64,000 nt of DNA from Dehalococcoidia bacterium (lineage in GTDB: Bacteria; Chloroflexota; Dehalococcoidia; Lucifugimonadales; UBA3495): positions 395-64,394 of the forward strand of contig JAKUQE010000013.1 in assembly GCA_022450395.1 (NCBI GenBank). Reading direction: 5' to 3'. Under the pieces are notes generated by a model. It was not told where the DNA came from. It worked only from the letters and a program-made list of their open reading frames with translations, and searched no databases. Below are positions 1-11,088 of the stretch, piece after piece. Made by a program: the position numbers and the translations under genes. Numbering within the stretch: the first letter of the stretch is position 1; every line of letters starts with the position of its first letter.

Positions 1-2
1 GC

Positions 3-1853
3 AACGGGACCAAAAAGGTCACCATCCGGCACCGGACGAACCGGGGCCGTACCTATAGCTGGGACACCAATTTTGAGGGTGTGATACCCAACCTGGAAAG
101 GCGCTATAAGAACACCGAGTCGGACCACACCCGCCAAGAGATAGAGCGGTACATGGCGGCCCGGCCCTGCCGCGCCTGTCAGGGCAACCGGCTACGGCCT
201 GAAGCCTTGGCGGTGACGGTTTGTGGACTGGGAATCATGGAAGTGTGCGCCAAGAACGTGGGCCATGCCTTGGAATGGGTTCGTGAGATCGATCCTGACG
301 TGCCCTGGAAAGGTCCCCGTGAGACCCTATCCGTCCGGGAAAAGATCATCGGCAATCAGATTCTCAAGGAGATAGAAGGCCGTCTGGTGTTTCTGAAAAA
401 TATCGGCCTTGATTACGTGACCCTGGGCCGTACCGCCCGAACCCTCTCAGGGGGCGAGGCCCAGCGTGTCCGGCTGGCAACCCAGATCGGATCGGGCCTG
501 ACCGGAGTGCTCTACGTTTGCGATGAACCTACCGTAGGTCTGCACCCCCATGACGACCACCTCTTGATCAGCACTCTTACGAACTTGCGTGACTTGGGCA
601 ACACCGTGGTGGTGGTGGAGCACGACGAGGCCATGATGCGGTCAGCCGACTTCATCGCCGACATGGGACCCGGAGCGGGCGAGCACGGCGGCTATGTGGT
701 GGCGTCCGGCACGATCGACGACATAATGGATTGTCCGGAATCGTTGACCGGTCAATACCTCAGTGGGCGCAAAAAAGTTCCGTTCCCCCAAGAGCGCCGT
801 CCCGGCAACGGTCTGTTCCTAACGGTCAAGGGATGCGAGGAGAACAATCTAAAGAAGATTGACGTTGAGCTTCCTCTGGGTCGGTTGGTGTGTATCACCG
901 GGGTTTCCGGTTCGGGTAAGAGCACCCTGATCTACGACATTCTGTACAAACGTCTCGCCCAGTTGATCAACCGCGCCCGCGACTTGCCCGGCAAGCATAA
1001 GGAAATCGTTGGGGTGGAAAACATCGACAAAGTGGTCAACATCGACCAGTCGCCCATCGGCCGAACGCCCCGGAGCAACCCGGCCACCTATACCGGGGCC
1101 TTCACACCGATCCGGGAGCTGTTCGCTAACCTGCCGGAAGCCAAGATACGGGGGTATGCTCCTGGCCGGTTTTCCTTCAACGTCAAAGGAGGCCGTTGTG
1201 AGGCCTGTCAAGGCGATGGCTACAACCAGATAGAGATGCAGTTCTTGCCCGACGTGACCGTGCCCTGCGAGATCTGCCATGGGCGCCGTTACAACCGGGA
1301 GGCCTTGGAGGTAACCCTGCGCGGCCACAGTATCGCCGATGTTCTGGACATGACGGTAGACCAGGCTTTGGAGATTTTTAGCGGCTTCCCTCGGATCCGC
1401 CCCAAGCTGGAGACACTGCGTGACGTGGGCTTGGGGTACATTCGGTTGGGGCAGCCCGCCACCACCTTGTCCGGTGGTGAGGCCCAAAGGGTGAAACTGT
1501 CCACCGAGCTTTCCAAGCGAGCCACCGGCAAGACCCTGTACTTGCTGGATGAACCGACGACCGGGCTGTCTTTCGAAGACTGCGCCGCCCTGCTTCGGGT
1601 CCTGCACCGGTTAGTTGATGGCGGAAACACCGTCATCCTCATCGAGCACAACCTGGATATCATCAAAAATGCCGACTGGATAATTGATCTGGGACCCGGC
1701 GCGGGAGATCTGGGCGGCCGTTTGATCGCCCAGGGGACTCCGGAACATGTAGCCAAAGTTAAAAAATCCTTCACCGGCCAGTACCTTCAGCCGATTCTGA
1801 AAAACGGCCGAGAAACCGTTGGCGAGCCCGTCGGAGCGGCGGCGGGGGATTAG
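3..1853 (+). CDS. uvrA: Excinuclease ABC subunit A, 5'-truncated by the window edge
   Basis: Frame open from position 3. Two [11 protein letters not shown] signatures, Walker [20 protein letters not shown]...CEICHG zinc finger, TPRSNPATY motif. Confidence 0.97.
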   Translation, partial: NGTKKVTIRHRTNRGRTYSWDTNFEGVIPNLERRYKNTESDHTRQEIERYMAARPCRACQGNRLRPEALAVTVCGLGIMEVCAKNVGHALEWVREIDPDVPWKGPRETLSVREKIIGNQILKEIEGRLVFLKNIGLDYVTLGRTARTLSGGEAQRVRLATQIGSGLTGVLYVCDEPTVGLHPHDDHLLISTLTNLRDLGNTVVVVEHDEAMMRSADFIADMGPGAGEHGGYVVASGTIDDIMDCPESLTGQYLSGRKKVPFPQERRPGNGLFLTVKGCEENNLKKIDVELPLGRLVCITGVSGSGKSTLIYDILYKRLAQLINRARDLPGKHKEIVGVENIDKVVNIDQSPIGRTPRSNPATYTGAFTPIRELFANLPEAKIRGYAPGRFSFNVKGGRCEACQGDGYNQIEMQFLPDVTVPCEICHGRRYNREALEVTLRGHSIADVLDMTVDQALEIFSGFPRIRPKLETLRDVGLGYIRLGQPATTLSGGEAQRVKLSTELSKRATGKTLYLLDEPTTGLSFEDCAALLRVLHRLVDGGNTVILIEHNLDIIKNADWIIDLGPGAGDLGGRLIAQGTPEHVAKVKKSFTGQYLQPILKNGRETVGEPVGAAAGD

Positions 1854-2016
1854 GTAACCCATCGTTATAGGACCGCGCTTTTCAGTCTGTACTCAAGGGG
1901 ACCCGGCGAGTTCCCAATGATTGCGACGCGCCACCGAGTTTTGTCACCCGCACCCCGTTTTGATAGAATGGCTACCGTAAACTTGTTGCCCCACCGTTAT
2001 CCAAGCGAGGAGAATC

Positions 2017-2652
2017 ATGCCCTTTCATTACGATGGCGAACTGAAAATCACCAAGATAAACATGGGTCCCTACAACAACAATGGCTATATCGTTATTTGC
2101 CCTGAAACCAATGAGGGTGTAATTATCGACACTCCCGCTGAACCGGAAAAGTTGCTAGGCGCCATCGGGGACGTTCAGATAAAAAGCATCCTGATCACCC
2201 ACAAACATCAAGACCACCTTCTCGGCTTTGACGAGATCACCGGGGCGGTTCAGGTCCCCGTGGGCATCGGCACCGACGATGCCGATGGTCTACCCAGGCC
2301 GCCCCAGCTCGATCTGAAAGACGGCATGGTGATAAAGTTCGGCAACCAGGAGATGACGGTTCTGGATACCCCAGGCCACACCGAGGGAGCAACCTGCTTC
2401 TTGATCGGCAAGCACCTATTCTCCGGAGACACCCTCTTCCCCGGCGGGCCCGGCAAAACCCGCAGCCCCGAAGCTCTGCAGCAGGTCATCGACAGCATAA
2501 CTAAAAAGCTATTGGTACTACCCGACGACACCGCCGTCTATCCAGGCCATGGCGACGACACCACCATCGGAAAGGCTCGTGAGGAGTATCAGGTATTTGC
2601 TTCTAAGCCCAGAGACCCCGGCTTGTTCGGTGATGTAGCCTGGTTAGGTTAG
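2017..2652 (+). CDS. Metallo-beta-lactamase fold hydrolase (glyoxalase II-like)
   Basis: THKHQDH, TPGHT, SGDTLF and YPGHG motifs; GAGGAG SD upstream. Confidence 0.9.
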   Translation: MPFHYDGELKITKINMGPYNNNGYIVICPETNEGVIIDTPAEPEKLLGAIGDVQIKSILITHKHQDHLLGFDEITGAVQVPVGIGTDDADGLPRPPQLDLKDGMVIKFGNQEMTVLDTPGHTEGATCFLIGKHLFSGDTLFPGGPGKTRSPEALQQVIDSITKKLLVLPDDTAVYPGHGDDTTIGKAREEYQVFASKPRDPGLFGDVAWLG

Positions 2653-2757
2653 ACTCTGCCCGCCGGACAGATTGTCGCGTCCAGGGAGCGGTCTCCGCTC
2701 CCTGTTTTCTTAGCCGGTACGGGGGTTGCGTCCCGGCATTAAACGTATGAGGTGAAC

Positions 2758-4020
2758 ATGTACCAACGCTCCGTCCTGGATAACCAGCTTCGAGTTTTCA
2801 CGTCCTCCATGCCCCACACCCGGTCGGTTTCGATCACACTGTGCGTCGGCGCCGGCTCTCGCTACGAGACCCCTGAGCTGGCCGGTGTTTCCCATTTTAT
2901 CGAGCACATGCCCTTCAAAGGCACCAAAAGCTGGCCCACCGCCCAGGCGGTTAGCGAGGCCATCGAGGGTGTAGGCGGAATAATGAACGCCAGCACCGAC
3001 CGTGAAATGACGGTTTTTTGGTGCAAGGTGGCCAGGATTCATTTCCGCAAAGCCCTGTCGGTGATGCTAGACATGATTCTCAACCCGATCTTGGACCGGG
3101 AAGAGGTGGAAAAGGAGCGGGAGATCATCCAGGAAGAGCTAAGGATGACTTACGACCATCCCACATACAAAGTGGACCTGCTGATCGACGAGGCGCTGTG
3201 GCCGGACCAGGCCATGGGCCGGGATGTGGGCGGGACCCCGGAGACGGTGGAAAAGATTTCCCAGGAAAGCATACGCGAATACATGGCCCAGCAATACAAT
3301 CCCGCCAACACGGTCCTGGCGATCGCCGGAGACGTTACCCATGAAGAAGTCCTGGACATGGTCGGTGAGGCCACCGTTGAGTGGAAGCCTCGGGAATCAC
3401 TGGACTGGGAGCCGGTCGTAAACGGCCACTATGATCCCGAGGTCCGAATGGAGTGGCGGCGAACCGACCAGACCCACATCTGTTTGGCGGTGCCGGGGCT
3501 GTCCTTAAACGACCCGGACCGGTACAACCTGACCATCCTCAACGTTATCTTGGGCGATGGGATGAGCAGCAGGCTTTTCCAAAGCCTGCGGGAGGTTCAG
3601 GGATTGGCGTACGATGTCAGCAGTTCCAACAGCCACTTCCGGGACTGCGGGGCGCTGACGGTTTATTGTGGCGTAGAACCCAAGAAGAGCCGCCTAGCCG
3701 TTCAGGGGATCGTCCATGAGCTACAAGGGATGCATGAAGAGGCTCCCGAACAGGAAATTACCAAGGCCAAGGAGTACACCAAGGGCCGCCTGCTCCTTCG
3801 CATGGAGGACACCCGTGCGGTATCCGGTTGGCTGGCCAGCCAGGAGTTGCTACAAGGCGAAGTCGCGACCCCGGAAGAAGTTGTCCAGAGATTAGACGAG
3901 GTCAACTCGGAAGATGTCGTCAGGGTCGCTGAGCGTCTTCTCCAACCGGAACAGATGCGCCTGGCGGTGGTGGGACCTCATCGCAGTGAGGCGCGATTCC
4001 TGAAGTTGCTTCACTTTTAA
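2758..4020 (+). CDS. M16 (pitrilysin-like) zinc peptidase
   Basis: HFIEH inverted zinc motif, NAST, GMSSRLF...GLAY; GAGGTG SD before ATG 2758. Confidence 0.92.
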   Translation: MYQRSVLDNQLRVFTSSMPHTRSVSITLCVGAGSRYETPELAGVSHFIEHMPFKGTKSWPTAQAVSEAIEGVGGIMNASTDREMTVFWCKVARIHFRKALSVMLDMILNPILDREEVEKEREIIQEELRMTYDHPTYKVDLLIDEALWPDQAMGRDVGGTPETVEKISQESIREYMAQQYNPANTVLAIAGDVTHEEVLDMVGEATVEWKPRESLDWEPVVNGHYDPEVRMEWRRTDQTHICLAVPGLSLNDPDRYNLTILNVILGDGMSSRLFQSLREVQGLAYDVSSSNSHFRDCGALTVYCGVEPKKSRLAVQGIVHELQGMHEEAPEQEITKAKEYTKGRLLLRMEDTRAVSGWLASQELLQGEVATPEEVVQRLDEVNSEDVVRVAERLLQPEQMRLAVVGPHRSEARFLKLLHF

Positions 4021-4099
4021 TCTCGGGCCATCGTGGATCACGTAAACGCGCCGTCCCGCCCGGTTCTGCCTGAACCCGGCCACGCAGCATGGAGGATAG

Positions 4100-5176
4100 A
4101 TGGACCCAACCAAGTCGATCCAGGTCGACAGCCTGGAGGAAGCCCATGAAGAGATGTACCGGTTGGGTTGGACCGATGGCCTTCCCGTCATCCCGCCGAC
4201 GGCCAAGCTTGTTAGTGCTGCGTTGGACTTCCTGGGACGCGATCCTCAAGACGTGATCGGCGAAATACCGCCGAAAAACCGAATAGCCACTGTGGAGAAA
4301 GTAGTGGTGAACTCGGTGATGGCCGGGTGCTTACCCGAGTACATCCCGGTGGTCATTGCCTCCATAGAGGCGATGCTGCATAACGAGTTCAACCTAAACG
4401 GCATCCAGGCCACCACCAATTGCATCAGCCCATTGGCGATCGTCAGCGGACCGGTTGTCGAGCAATTGGGATTTAACGCTGGTGACAACGTGTTCGGAGG
4501 CGGCTCTAGGGCCAACGCCGCCGTCGGCCGCGCCATCCGTCTCGTGCTGTGGAACATCGGGGGTGGATACGCCGGAGAGATCGACCGGGCCACCTTCGGA
4601 CATCCTGGGAAATACACTTTTTGCGTCGCCGAGAACAGCCAGGATAGCCCGTGGGGGCCCCTGCACCAAGACCTGGGGCTCCCTGCCGAATCATCGGCGG
4701 TAACTGTTTTTGCCTGCGAGTCCCCGCACCACATCGCCACCGGATCCGGCTACGTTCTTACCGGCGGCGATATACTGGCGGTGATCGCCGACAGCATCGC
4801 CACCGCCGGCAGCGCGGCCATGAACGGCGGCGGCCAAGTTCTGCTGCTTATGGGTCCGATGACCGCCCAGAAGCTGGCGTCAGACGGCTACGACAAGCAA
4901 CAGATCCGGGAAGAGTTGCACCAACTGGCCCGCAAACCGGTTCGGTTGATGAAGTCCAACAAATTCTTGAACCCGGAGCACCCGTTCCACTGGGCTAACT
5001 TTATAGACCCGGAAGACGATGACGCGATGATTCCAGCGTTACGGACGCCGGAAGACCTGTTGATAATGGTGGCCGGGGGTTGGGGTTCAGGGTCGGGGTT
5101 TAACGCCGTGTGTCACGGCTGGATGCAAGCCGGAGGACTGGCCCAAACCCGGCCGATCGAATTGATCCCGTCATAA
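4100..5176 (+). CDS. Conserved protein of the family found beside or fused to UGSC (seleno)proteins
   Basis: GWTDGLPVIPPT, NSVMAGCLPEY, ANAAVGRAIRL and ATFGHPGKY motifs; directly upstream of the UGSC gene. Confidence 0.75.
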   Translation: MDPTKSIQVDSLEEAHEEMYRLGWTDGLPVIPPTAKLVSAALDFLGRDPQDVIGEIPPKNRIATVEKVVVNSVMAGCLPEYIPVVIASIEAMLHNEFNLNGIQATTNCISPLAIVSGPVVEQLGFNAGDNVFGGGSRANAAVGRAIRLVLWNIGGGYAGEIDRATFGHPGKYTFCVAENSQDSPWGPLHQDLGLPAESSAVTVFACESPHHIATGSGYVLTGGDILAVIADSIATAGSAAMNGGGQVLLLMGPMTAQKLASDGYDKQQIREELHQLARKPVRLMKSNKFLNPEHPFHWANFIDPEDDDAMIPALRTPEDLLIMVAGGWGSGSGFNAVCHGWMQAGGLAQTRPIELIPS

Positions 5177-5202
5177 TCTCATTGTTCGAAAAGGAGTGAA
5201 CG

Positions 5203-5733
5203 ATGCCACCAATCGAGCTCTTTAGCCCCATCGGGGAAGAAGCACCTCACGCCAAGGGGATCGCTCCCTTTCCCGAGCTAGGGGGAAGCAAGATAGCCTT
5301 CCTCTTCAACGGCCACGTGTCGGTGATTCCCTTCTGGAGGAACCTGGAGGAGGAGATCAAAACCCGTTGTGAGCCGGCTGACACGGTCACCGTCATCAAG
5401 CCCAACACTTTCTCTCCAGCCGGCCCTTCCACTATCCAGGATCTGTCGGATGTGGACCTGGCCTTGGTCGGGGTATGCGCTTGAGGCTCCTGTACTTCCG
5501 GCTCCGTGCGAGACGGTATTAACCTGGAAAACAAGGGTGTCCCGGCCGTAGTCATTTCCCACGATGTATTCGGGAAGGCAGCCCAGGCACAGTCCATCGC
5601 CCTGGGTCTCCCAGAGTTGCGGGTCATAATCTACAACCAGCCCAAGGGCAAACCCGACGAAGTTGAGGGAGCTTGGGCGGCCAAGCAGGTCGTGGACCAA
5701 CTATTACAAATGGTGCGAGATTCCGACGTCTAG
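5203..5733 (+). CDS. UGSC-family selenoprotein, 176 aa, Sec94 (UGA 5482-5484)
   Basis: ORFs 5203-5484 and 5506-5733 are in one frame. Read-through gives VGVCA-U-GSCTSGSVRDGINLENKGVPAV. Hairpin CCGT-GCGAG-ACGG at 5504-5516. Confidence 0.88.
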
Positions 5734-5855
5734 AAGCCAAGCCGAATGGATTCCTTTGGAGCCCAAGTATCGAACTAGAATTAAATCTATGAACAGATGG
5801 CGCCTGATGGTTTGGCTAGAGCCACTTTCAAAATCCGTTGCGGCCCAATGCCGGA

Positions 5856-5922
5856 TCCTTCGACAGGCCCAGGACGAACGGTAATCGGCCCTCCTTCCGT
5901 TTGGGGTGAGCTTGTCGAACGG
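5856..5922. repeat. REP-like intergenic palindrome pair (CCTTCGACAGGCTCAGG family)
   Basis: tccttcgacaggcccaggacgaacgg ... ccgtttggggtgagcttgtcgaacgg inverted pair; relatives at 40810, 50955, 55183. Confidence 0.75.
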
Positions 5923-5983
5923 TATTTTAACAAGGTGCTCGTCAATCGGTCCTGAATCAGCCCTAATTAGGCCAGGTCCACAG

Positions 5984-6817
5984 TTGCAAACACCAGAGCC
6001 GGTTATCGTTCATCATCTATTCCGCCCACTCCTGGCGGAGCTTTTAGACGTCCTGCGTTCTCTCTCTGAGGACGAGTGGGCCGCTTCAACCCCCTGCCCG
6101 GCTTGGTCAGTACATGATTTGGCTCTGCATCTGCTGGACGTGGATATGGGACAACTCTCTCGCGAAAGAGACGGATACGTCGTGTCCATGATCGAGGCAA
6201 CTCAATGGGATGACTTGATTTCCGCTCTGAACCGGAAAAACGAAGCATGGGTCAAATCAGCCAGGGGCATCAGTCCTCGGCTCGTCACCGAGCTGCTCGA
6301 GTTTACCGGCGAAGAAGTAGCATCGCATATCTCATCATTGGACCCGTATTCAGCCGGTCCCGAAGTGAGTTGGGCGGGTCCAGCGCCGGCGCCGGTTTGG
6401 TTACACGCCGCGAGAGAATATACCGAGCGGTGGCATCATCAACAGCAGATCAGGCAGGCCACTGGAAGGCCGTTGCTTACGAGCAAGGAGATGTTTTCTC
6501 CGGTTCTGGAAACGTTCGCTCGCGCGTTGCCCCGCGCCTACGAAGGAGTATCGGCCAGCGAAGGCAGCATCGTAAAAGTGGTTATTCTGGGCGATGCCGG
6601 GAGTAGTTGGTTACTGGTGTGCCAAGGCGGCTCTTGGGCACTCTACGTAGCTGACGATCTCAGTGTACCTGACGCCGAAGTTTCGATTGGGCAGGAAGAT
6701 GCCTGGCAGTTGTTCACCAGGAGCATCACTAAATCCGAAGTCTTGCCCAGGGTCACGCTTTCCGGGAACATGGGGTTAGGGTCGAAGGTCTTGGACACGG
6801 TTGCGGTGATAGCATAA
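5984..6817 (+). CDS. Maleylpyruvate isomerase N-terminal (MDMPI/DinB-like) metal-dependent protein
   Basis: TPCPAWSVHDLALHL and ERWHHQQQIR motifs. Start moved to TTG 5984 because the ORF-track start lies within the REP. Confidence 0.8.
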   Translation: MQTPEPVIVHHLFRPLLAELLDVLRSLSEDEWAASTPCPAWSVHDLALHLLDVDMGQLSRERDGYVVSMIEATQWDDLISALNRKNEAWVKSARGISPRLVTELLEFTGEEVASHISSLDPYSAGPEVSWAGPAPAPVWLHAAREYTERWHHQQQIRQATGRPLLTSKEMFSPVLETFARALPRAYEGVSASEGSIVKVVILGDAGSSWLLVCQGGSWALYVADDLSVPDAEVSIGQEDAWQLFTRSITKSEVLPRVTLSGNMGLGSKVLDTVAVIA

Positions 6818-6890
6818 TCCTGGGATAGAAATTCTAACGGAAGTGGCTGGGCCTCTGTTCCGGATTGGGCGGGCTAATATCAGTGGCTTC

Positions 6891-7691
6891 CTATTGTGCC
6901 GCCGCGTCGAACTCGGCCTCAACGGGGTTGCTCAACACCCCGATGCCGGGAATCTCCACCTCTACCTTGTCGCCCGGTTTCATGGCCTTGGTTGTACCGG
7001 TGGTGCCGGAGAACACCAGGTCGCCGGGATGCAGCGTCACCTGCTGGCTTAGATAGCTGACTATCTCGGAAAATGTGAACAGCATGTCTTTAGTGTAAGC
7101 CCGCTGGACTTCCTCGCCGTTGAGACGGACCAAAATCTCCAGCTCCTGAGGGTTGATATCCGTCTCGATCCAAGGTCCTACGGGAGCGAAGGTGTCCGAC
7201 CCTTTGGCGCGCCAAAAGGTAGAATCCTTTTTCTGCCAGGTCCGCTCGCTAACGTCGTTCCCGCAGGTATAGCCCAGGATATACTTCCGGGCGTCTGTCG
7301 GGGTCACCCGGCGGCAATTTCTACCGATAACCGCCACCGCCTCGCCCTCGTAGTGAACGTCGCCGCTGGAGTCCTTGGGTATGATGATGGGGTCGTTGGG
7401 TCCAGTAAGGGAATTCCGGCTCTTGTGCCAGGGCTCCGGATGTTCGGGCAACTCGTCGGCGCCCTCACCCAGAACCGACGCGGCGAACTCCAAGTGTTCG
7501 GCAAAATTGAGGCCTGGTCCCCAGATCAATGCCGGCTCGGTGGGCGCCAGGATGTTTACGTCCGCCAAGGGATACCGGGTGTCGGTCAGCCTGAAGCGGG
7601 TATAGATACTTCCTCGGATCTCAACAATTTCATCTCCCATCACCACACCGAATGCCACTCGCCTGGCGGCCCTAAATCGCGCGATTTTCAT
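6891..7691 (-). CDS. Fumarylacetoacetate hydrolase family protein
   Basis: HYEGE, GYTCGNDVSER, KGSDTFAPVGP, LHPGDLVFSGT motifs. Confidence 0.92.
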   Translation of the reverse strand: MKIARFRAARRVAFGVVMGDEIVEIRGSIYTRFRLTDTRYPLADVNILAPTEPALIWGPGLNFAEHLEFAASVLGEGADELPEHPEPWHKSRNSLTGPNDPIIIPKDSSGDVHYEGEAVAVIGRNCRRVTPTDARKYILGYTCGNDVSERTWQKKDSTFWRAKGSDTFAPVGPWIETDINPQELEILVRLNGEEVQRAYTKDMLFTFSEIVSYLSQQVTLHPGDLVFSGTTGTTKAMKPGDKVEVEIPGIGVLSNPVEAEFDAAAQ

Positions 7692-7881
7692 GCTTGCCGC
7701 GCCCCTCGTATTTAATTGGATGGGAGACTCGGTGGGGATTGTAACCGTTCACTTGCTCCGTCGCAAGAGGAAAACGCAGGTTGTTTCCGGGGTAATTTTT
7801 CGAATAAAATCAACCGGCTGGTGCTTCATTCGTCATGGACTCTGTTAGCATTGGTACAATCTTATCTGAAGGTGATGCGCT

Positions 7882-8889
7882 TTGAAGCTGGGACTACTCA
7901 TAAACAGCCAGTACGTGGCCGGCGAGTCGATGCCGGACAAGATCCAGGAGAGCGTGGAGCAGGTGAAGGCGGCCAGGGAGGCCGGGTTCGATCTTATCTG
8001 CGCCGCCCAACACTACCTGGCAGCTCCATATCAGATGAGCACCACCATGCCTTTGTTGGCACGGCTGGCAGCCGAAGCCGGCGACATGGAGGTTGCTGCC
8101 ACGATTATTTTGTTGCCGTTGCACAACCCGGTTGAGATAGCCGATAGCGTGGCAACTTTGGACGCGATCTGCGGAGGCCGGTTCATATTCGGCATCGGTC
8201 TTGGTTACCGCGAAGAGGAGTTCGCCGCCTTCGGAGTAGAGCCCAGCGAGCGGGTAGGGCGGATGCGGGAAGCCCTGGAGTTGATAAAACTCCTCTGGAC
8301 TGAAGAGGAGGTGGAATTCAACGGACGATATTATCACGTTCCCAAGGTAAAGCTGGCGACCCGCCCGGTGCAGCGGCCGCATCCGCCGATATGGGTTGCC
8401 GCCAACGGTAACAGGGCCATACGGAGGGCCGCCCGATGGGGCTATCCCTGGCTGGTCAATCCCCATGCCACGGTTTCCATGGTGACCAGCCAATTGGAGA
8501 TGTATCGGGATGCCCTGTCTGAAGCAGGCCAACCGGCGTCCAGCGTGCCTATGATGCGGGAGTTGTACGTGGCCCAGGACCGGGATACGGCCTACAACGA
8601 GAGCAGGCCGTATCTGGAGGGCAAATACGCGGCATATGCTTCCTGGGGGCAGGACAAAGCTTTGCCGGGTGAAGAGAGCTTCTCAGTCCCATACCAGGAC
8701 TTGGCCAAAGACCGGTTTCTGTTGGGGACCGCGGACGACGTGGTTGGTGAGATTAAGCGGTACGAATCGGAGTTGGGGGTCGATTACATGATCTTCCGCA
8801 TGCAATGGCCTGGGATGCCCCACCGGCAGTTACTTCGCCAGATAGAGATCATGGGCGAGGACGTTATACCCAGAGTGAAGAGCGGTTAG
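7882..8889 (+). CDS. LLM-class (luciferase-like) flavin-dependent oxidoreductase
   Basis: ATLDAICGGRFIFGIGLGYREEEF and PVQRPHPPIWVA motifs. Confidence 0.92.
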   Translation: MKLGLLINSQYVAGESMPDKIQESVEQVKAAREAGFDLICAAQHYLAAPYQMSTTMPLLARLAAEAGDMEVAATIILLPLHNPVEIADSVATLDAICGGRFIFGIGLGYREEEFAAFGVEPSERVGRMREALELIKLLWTEEEVEFNGRYYHVPKVKLATRPVQRPHPPIWVAANGNRAIRRAARWGYPWLVNPHATVSMVTSQLEMYRDALSEAGQPASSVPMMRELYVAQDRDTAYNESRPYLEGKYAAYASWGQDKALPGEESFSVPYQDLAKDRFLLGTADDVVGEIKRYESELGVDYMIFRMQWPGMPHRQLLRQIEIMGEDVIPRVKSG

Positions 8890-9041
8890 GAAACCCGGCG
8901 GCTAAAATTAAGCGCCGTTTACCGGCCTTTATTCTAGTCGCGCAATCTTTAGGGTTCCTGGTTAAAAAGCTGCCATCTCTGGCTGGCTGCCACTGGGCCT
9001 GTTAAACTGTTAGCTGTTCCAGGTCAGGAGGGTACAAAAGA

Positions 9042-11072
9042 GTGGTACCACCAGGAGACATCGGGCCGCTACCTATCTGGGTTGGCGTGTATCTGGCTTT
9101 ATTGGTTACCGCCGCCCTTTCCAACTTCGTGCTTTATCAACGGGTGTTCCGCCTGATTCGTCAGGGTAAAAGCGTCGCCCGGTTCGACCGCCCCTGGGAA
9201 AGACTGAAGGGGGCGGTGAGTATCGTTCTTGGCCAGCGCAAGGTGCTGCAACGGGTCCCACAAAAGGACTGGGCCGGCATCGGCCACGCCCTGATCTTCT
9301 GGGGATTCCTCTCCTTTGCCCTAAGTTACCTGATTTTCATCTTCGGCGCCTCTATATGGAGTCACTTCCCGGAATGGCTGCTGCATACCACCGGCGTCCG
9401 GATCTACAGCATCTACCTGGACATTATGGCTGCGGTCATGCTGGTTCTGCTGGGTTGGGCTTTGGCCCGGCGTTGGATCGTAAAACCCAGCCGTCTGAGC
9501 TACGATCTGACCAGACATCTGGACTCCATTATCATCGTTGGACTCATTGGTCTGCTCATGGTATCCACCCTCCTGACCCACGCCTTTTACATAGCCAAGG
9601 GCGGATTAGGACCGGAAGCGGATGTCATTATCGGCGGCGCATTGTCCGGCTTGTTCCAAGGCATGGGTATCGGGCTCGCAGCGTCAAACGTCTTGCATGG
9701 CGTTTTCTGGTGGCTGCACCTGTCCATAATTCTAGGCTTCGCCGTCTATATCCCGTTCACCAAACATATGCACATGCTGGCCGCGCCGCTGAACGCTTTC
9801 TTCCGGTCATTGGAACCCAGCGGCTTGCTACCTACGATCGATTTGGAGAACACCGAGCGTTTTGGCGCTGGAAGAGTTCAGGACTTCACCTGGAAGCAAT
9901 TGTTGGACGGGTACGCCTGCGCGGTATGCGGACGATGTACTTCCGTATGCCCGGCTAACCTGACCGGCAAAGTGCTATCGCCGATGCACATCGTGGAAAA
10001 CCTGAAAGACCACATGGTCGCCATCGGGCACCAGGGAGCTCGAGATCCGGAGCACGTTGAGCCCACGCCTCTCTTTGGCGGGGCCATATCTGAAGAGGCG
10101 ATCTGGGATTGTCTTTCGTGCGGCGCCTGTATGGAGGAGTGCCCGGTAGTTGTGGAACACGTTCCCACGATCATGGATATGCGCCGCAACCTGGTTCTTG
10201 AAGAGTCGAAGATCCCGGAAAGCGCGACGAACGCACTGCTCAACCTGGAGCAAAGGGGGCACCCGTGGCGGGGTACCCAATACTCGCGCACCGACTGGGC
10301 TGAGGGTCTGGATGTACCGACGTTGGCTGAGAAGCCAGACGCGGAAGTCCTTTTCTGGGTGGGCTGCACCGCCGCGTTGGAGCAGCGAAGCCAAGCGGTG
10401 GCCCGGTCCATGGTCAAGGTGTTAAAAGCCGCTGGAGTGGACTTCGCCATTCTGGGCGATGAAGAGACCTGCACCGGTGATCCCGCCCGGCGATTGGGTA
10501 ATGAGTATCTTTACCAGATACTAGCCCAACAAAGTATCGAGACCCTGAATCGCTACGAAGTAAAAACCATCGTGACCATTTGCCCACACTGTTTCAACAC
10601 GATGAAGAACGAATATCCTCAGTTTGGTGGAACCTATGAGGTGCTCCACTATAGCCAATTCGTCGACGGACTGATTAAGGAAGGCAAGATCAAGCCGATC
10701 AAAATGATTCAAACCAACGTGGCCTATCACGACTCTTGCTACCTGGGCCGCCACAACGGAATCTACGATGAGCCCCGCGCCGTGGCTAAATCGGTGCCCG
10801 GTCTTAACCTGATCGAGATAGAGCCCAACTGCCGGGAGCGGGGGTTCTGCTGCGGCGCGGGCGGCGGCCATATGTGGCTGGAGGAAAGCAGGGGAACAAG
10901 GGTTAACCATGCCCGCACCGACCAATTCTTAGAAACCGGCGCCGACACCGTCGCGGTTTCCTGCCCCTTCTGCTTGCAGATGCTCACCGAGGGCATCCAG
11001 GCCAAGGGATTAGAGGGCGAGAAACAGGCCAAGGATGTTCTGGAGATTCTGGCGGATAGCCTGGAAGAGTAG
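9042..11072 (+). CDS. Membrane Fe-S oxidoreductase (FadF/HdrD-like: TM domain, 2x[4Fe-4S], two CCG domains)
   Basis: N-terminal TM helices; CAVCGRCTSVCP and CLSCGACMEECP; ETCTGD, CPHC, HDSC, CCGAGGG, CPFC. Confidence 0.9.
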   Translation: MVPPGDIGPLPIWVGVYLALLVTAALSNFVLYQRVFRLIRQGKSVARFDRPWERLKGAVSIVLGQRKVLQRVPQKDWAGIGHALIFWGFLSFALSYLIFIFGASIWSHFPEWLLHTTGVRIYSIYLDIMAAVMLVLLGWALARRWIVKPSRLSYDLTRHLDSIIIVGLIGLLMVSTLLTHAFYIAKGGLGPEADVIIGGALSGLFQGMGIGLAASNVLHGVFWWLHLSIILGFAVYIPFTKHMHMLAAPLNAFFRSLEPSGLLPTIDLENTERFGAGRVQDFTWKQLLDGYACAVCGRCTSVCPANLTGKVLSPMHIVENLKDHMVAIGHQGARDPEHVEPTPLFGGAISEEAIWDCLSCGACMEECPVVVEHVPTIMDMRRNLVLEESKIPESATNALLNLEQRGHPWRGTQYSRTDWAEGLDVPTLAEKPDAEVLFWVGCTAALEQRSQAVARSMVKVLKAAGVDFAILGDEETCTGDPARRLGNEYLYQILAQQSIETLNRYEVKTIVTICPHCFNTMKNEYPQFGGTYEVLHYSQFVDGLIKEGKIKPIKMIQTNVAYHDSCYLGRHNGIYDEPRAVAKSVPGLNLIEIEPNCRERGFCCGAGGGHMWLEESRGTRVNHARTDQFLETGADTVAVSCPFCLQMLTEGIQAKGLEGEKQAKDVLEILADSLEE

Positions 11073-11088
11073 ACCGAGGGTTTGAGTT

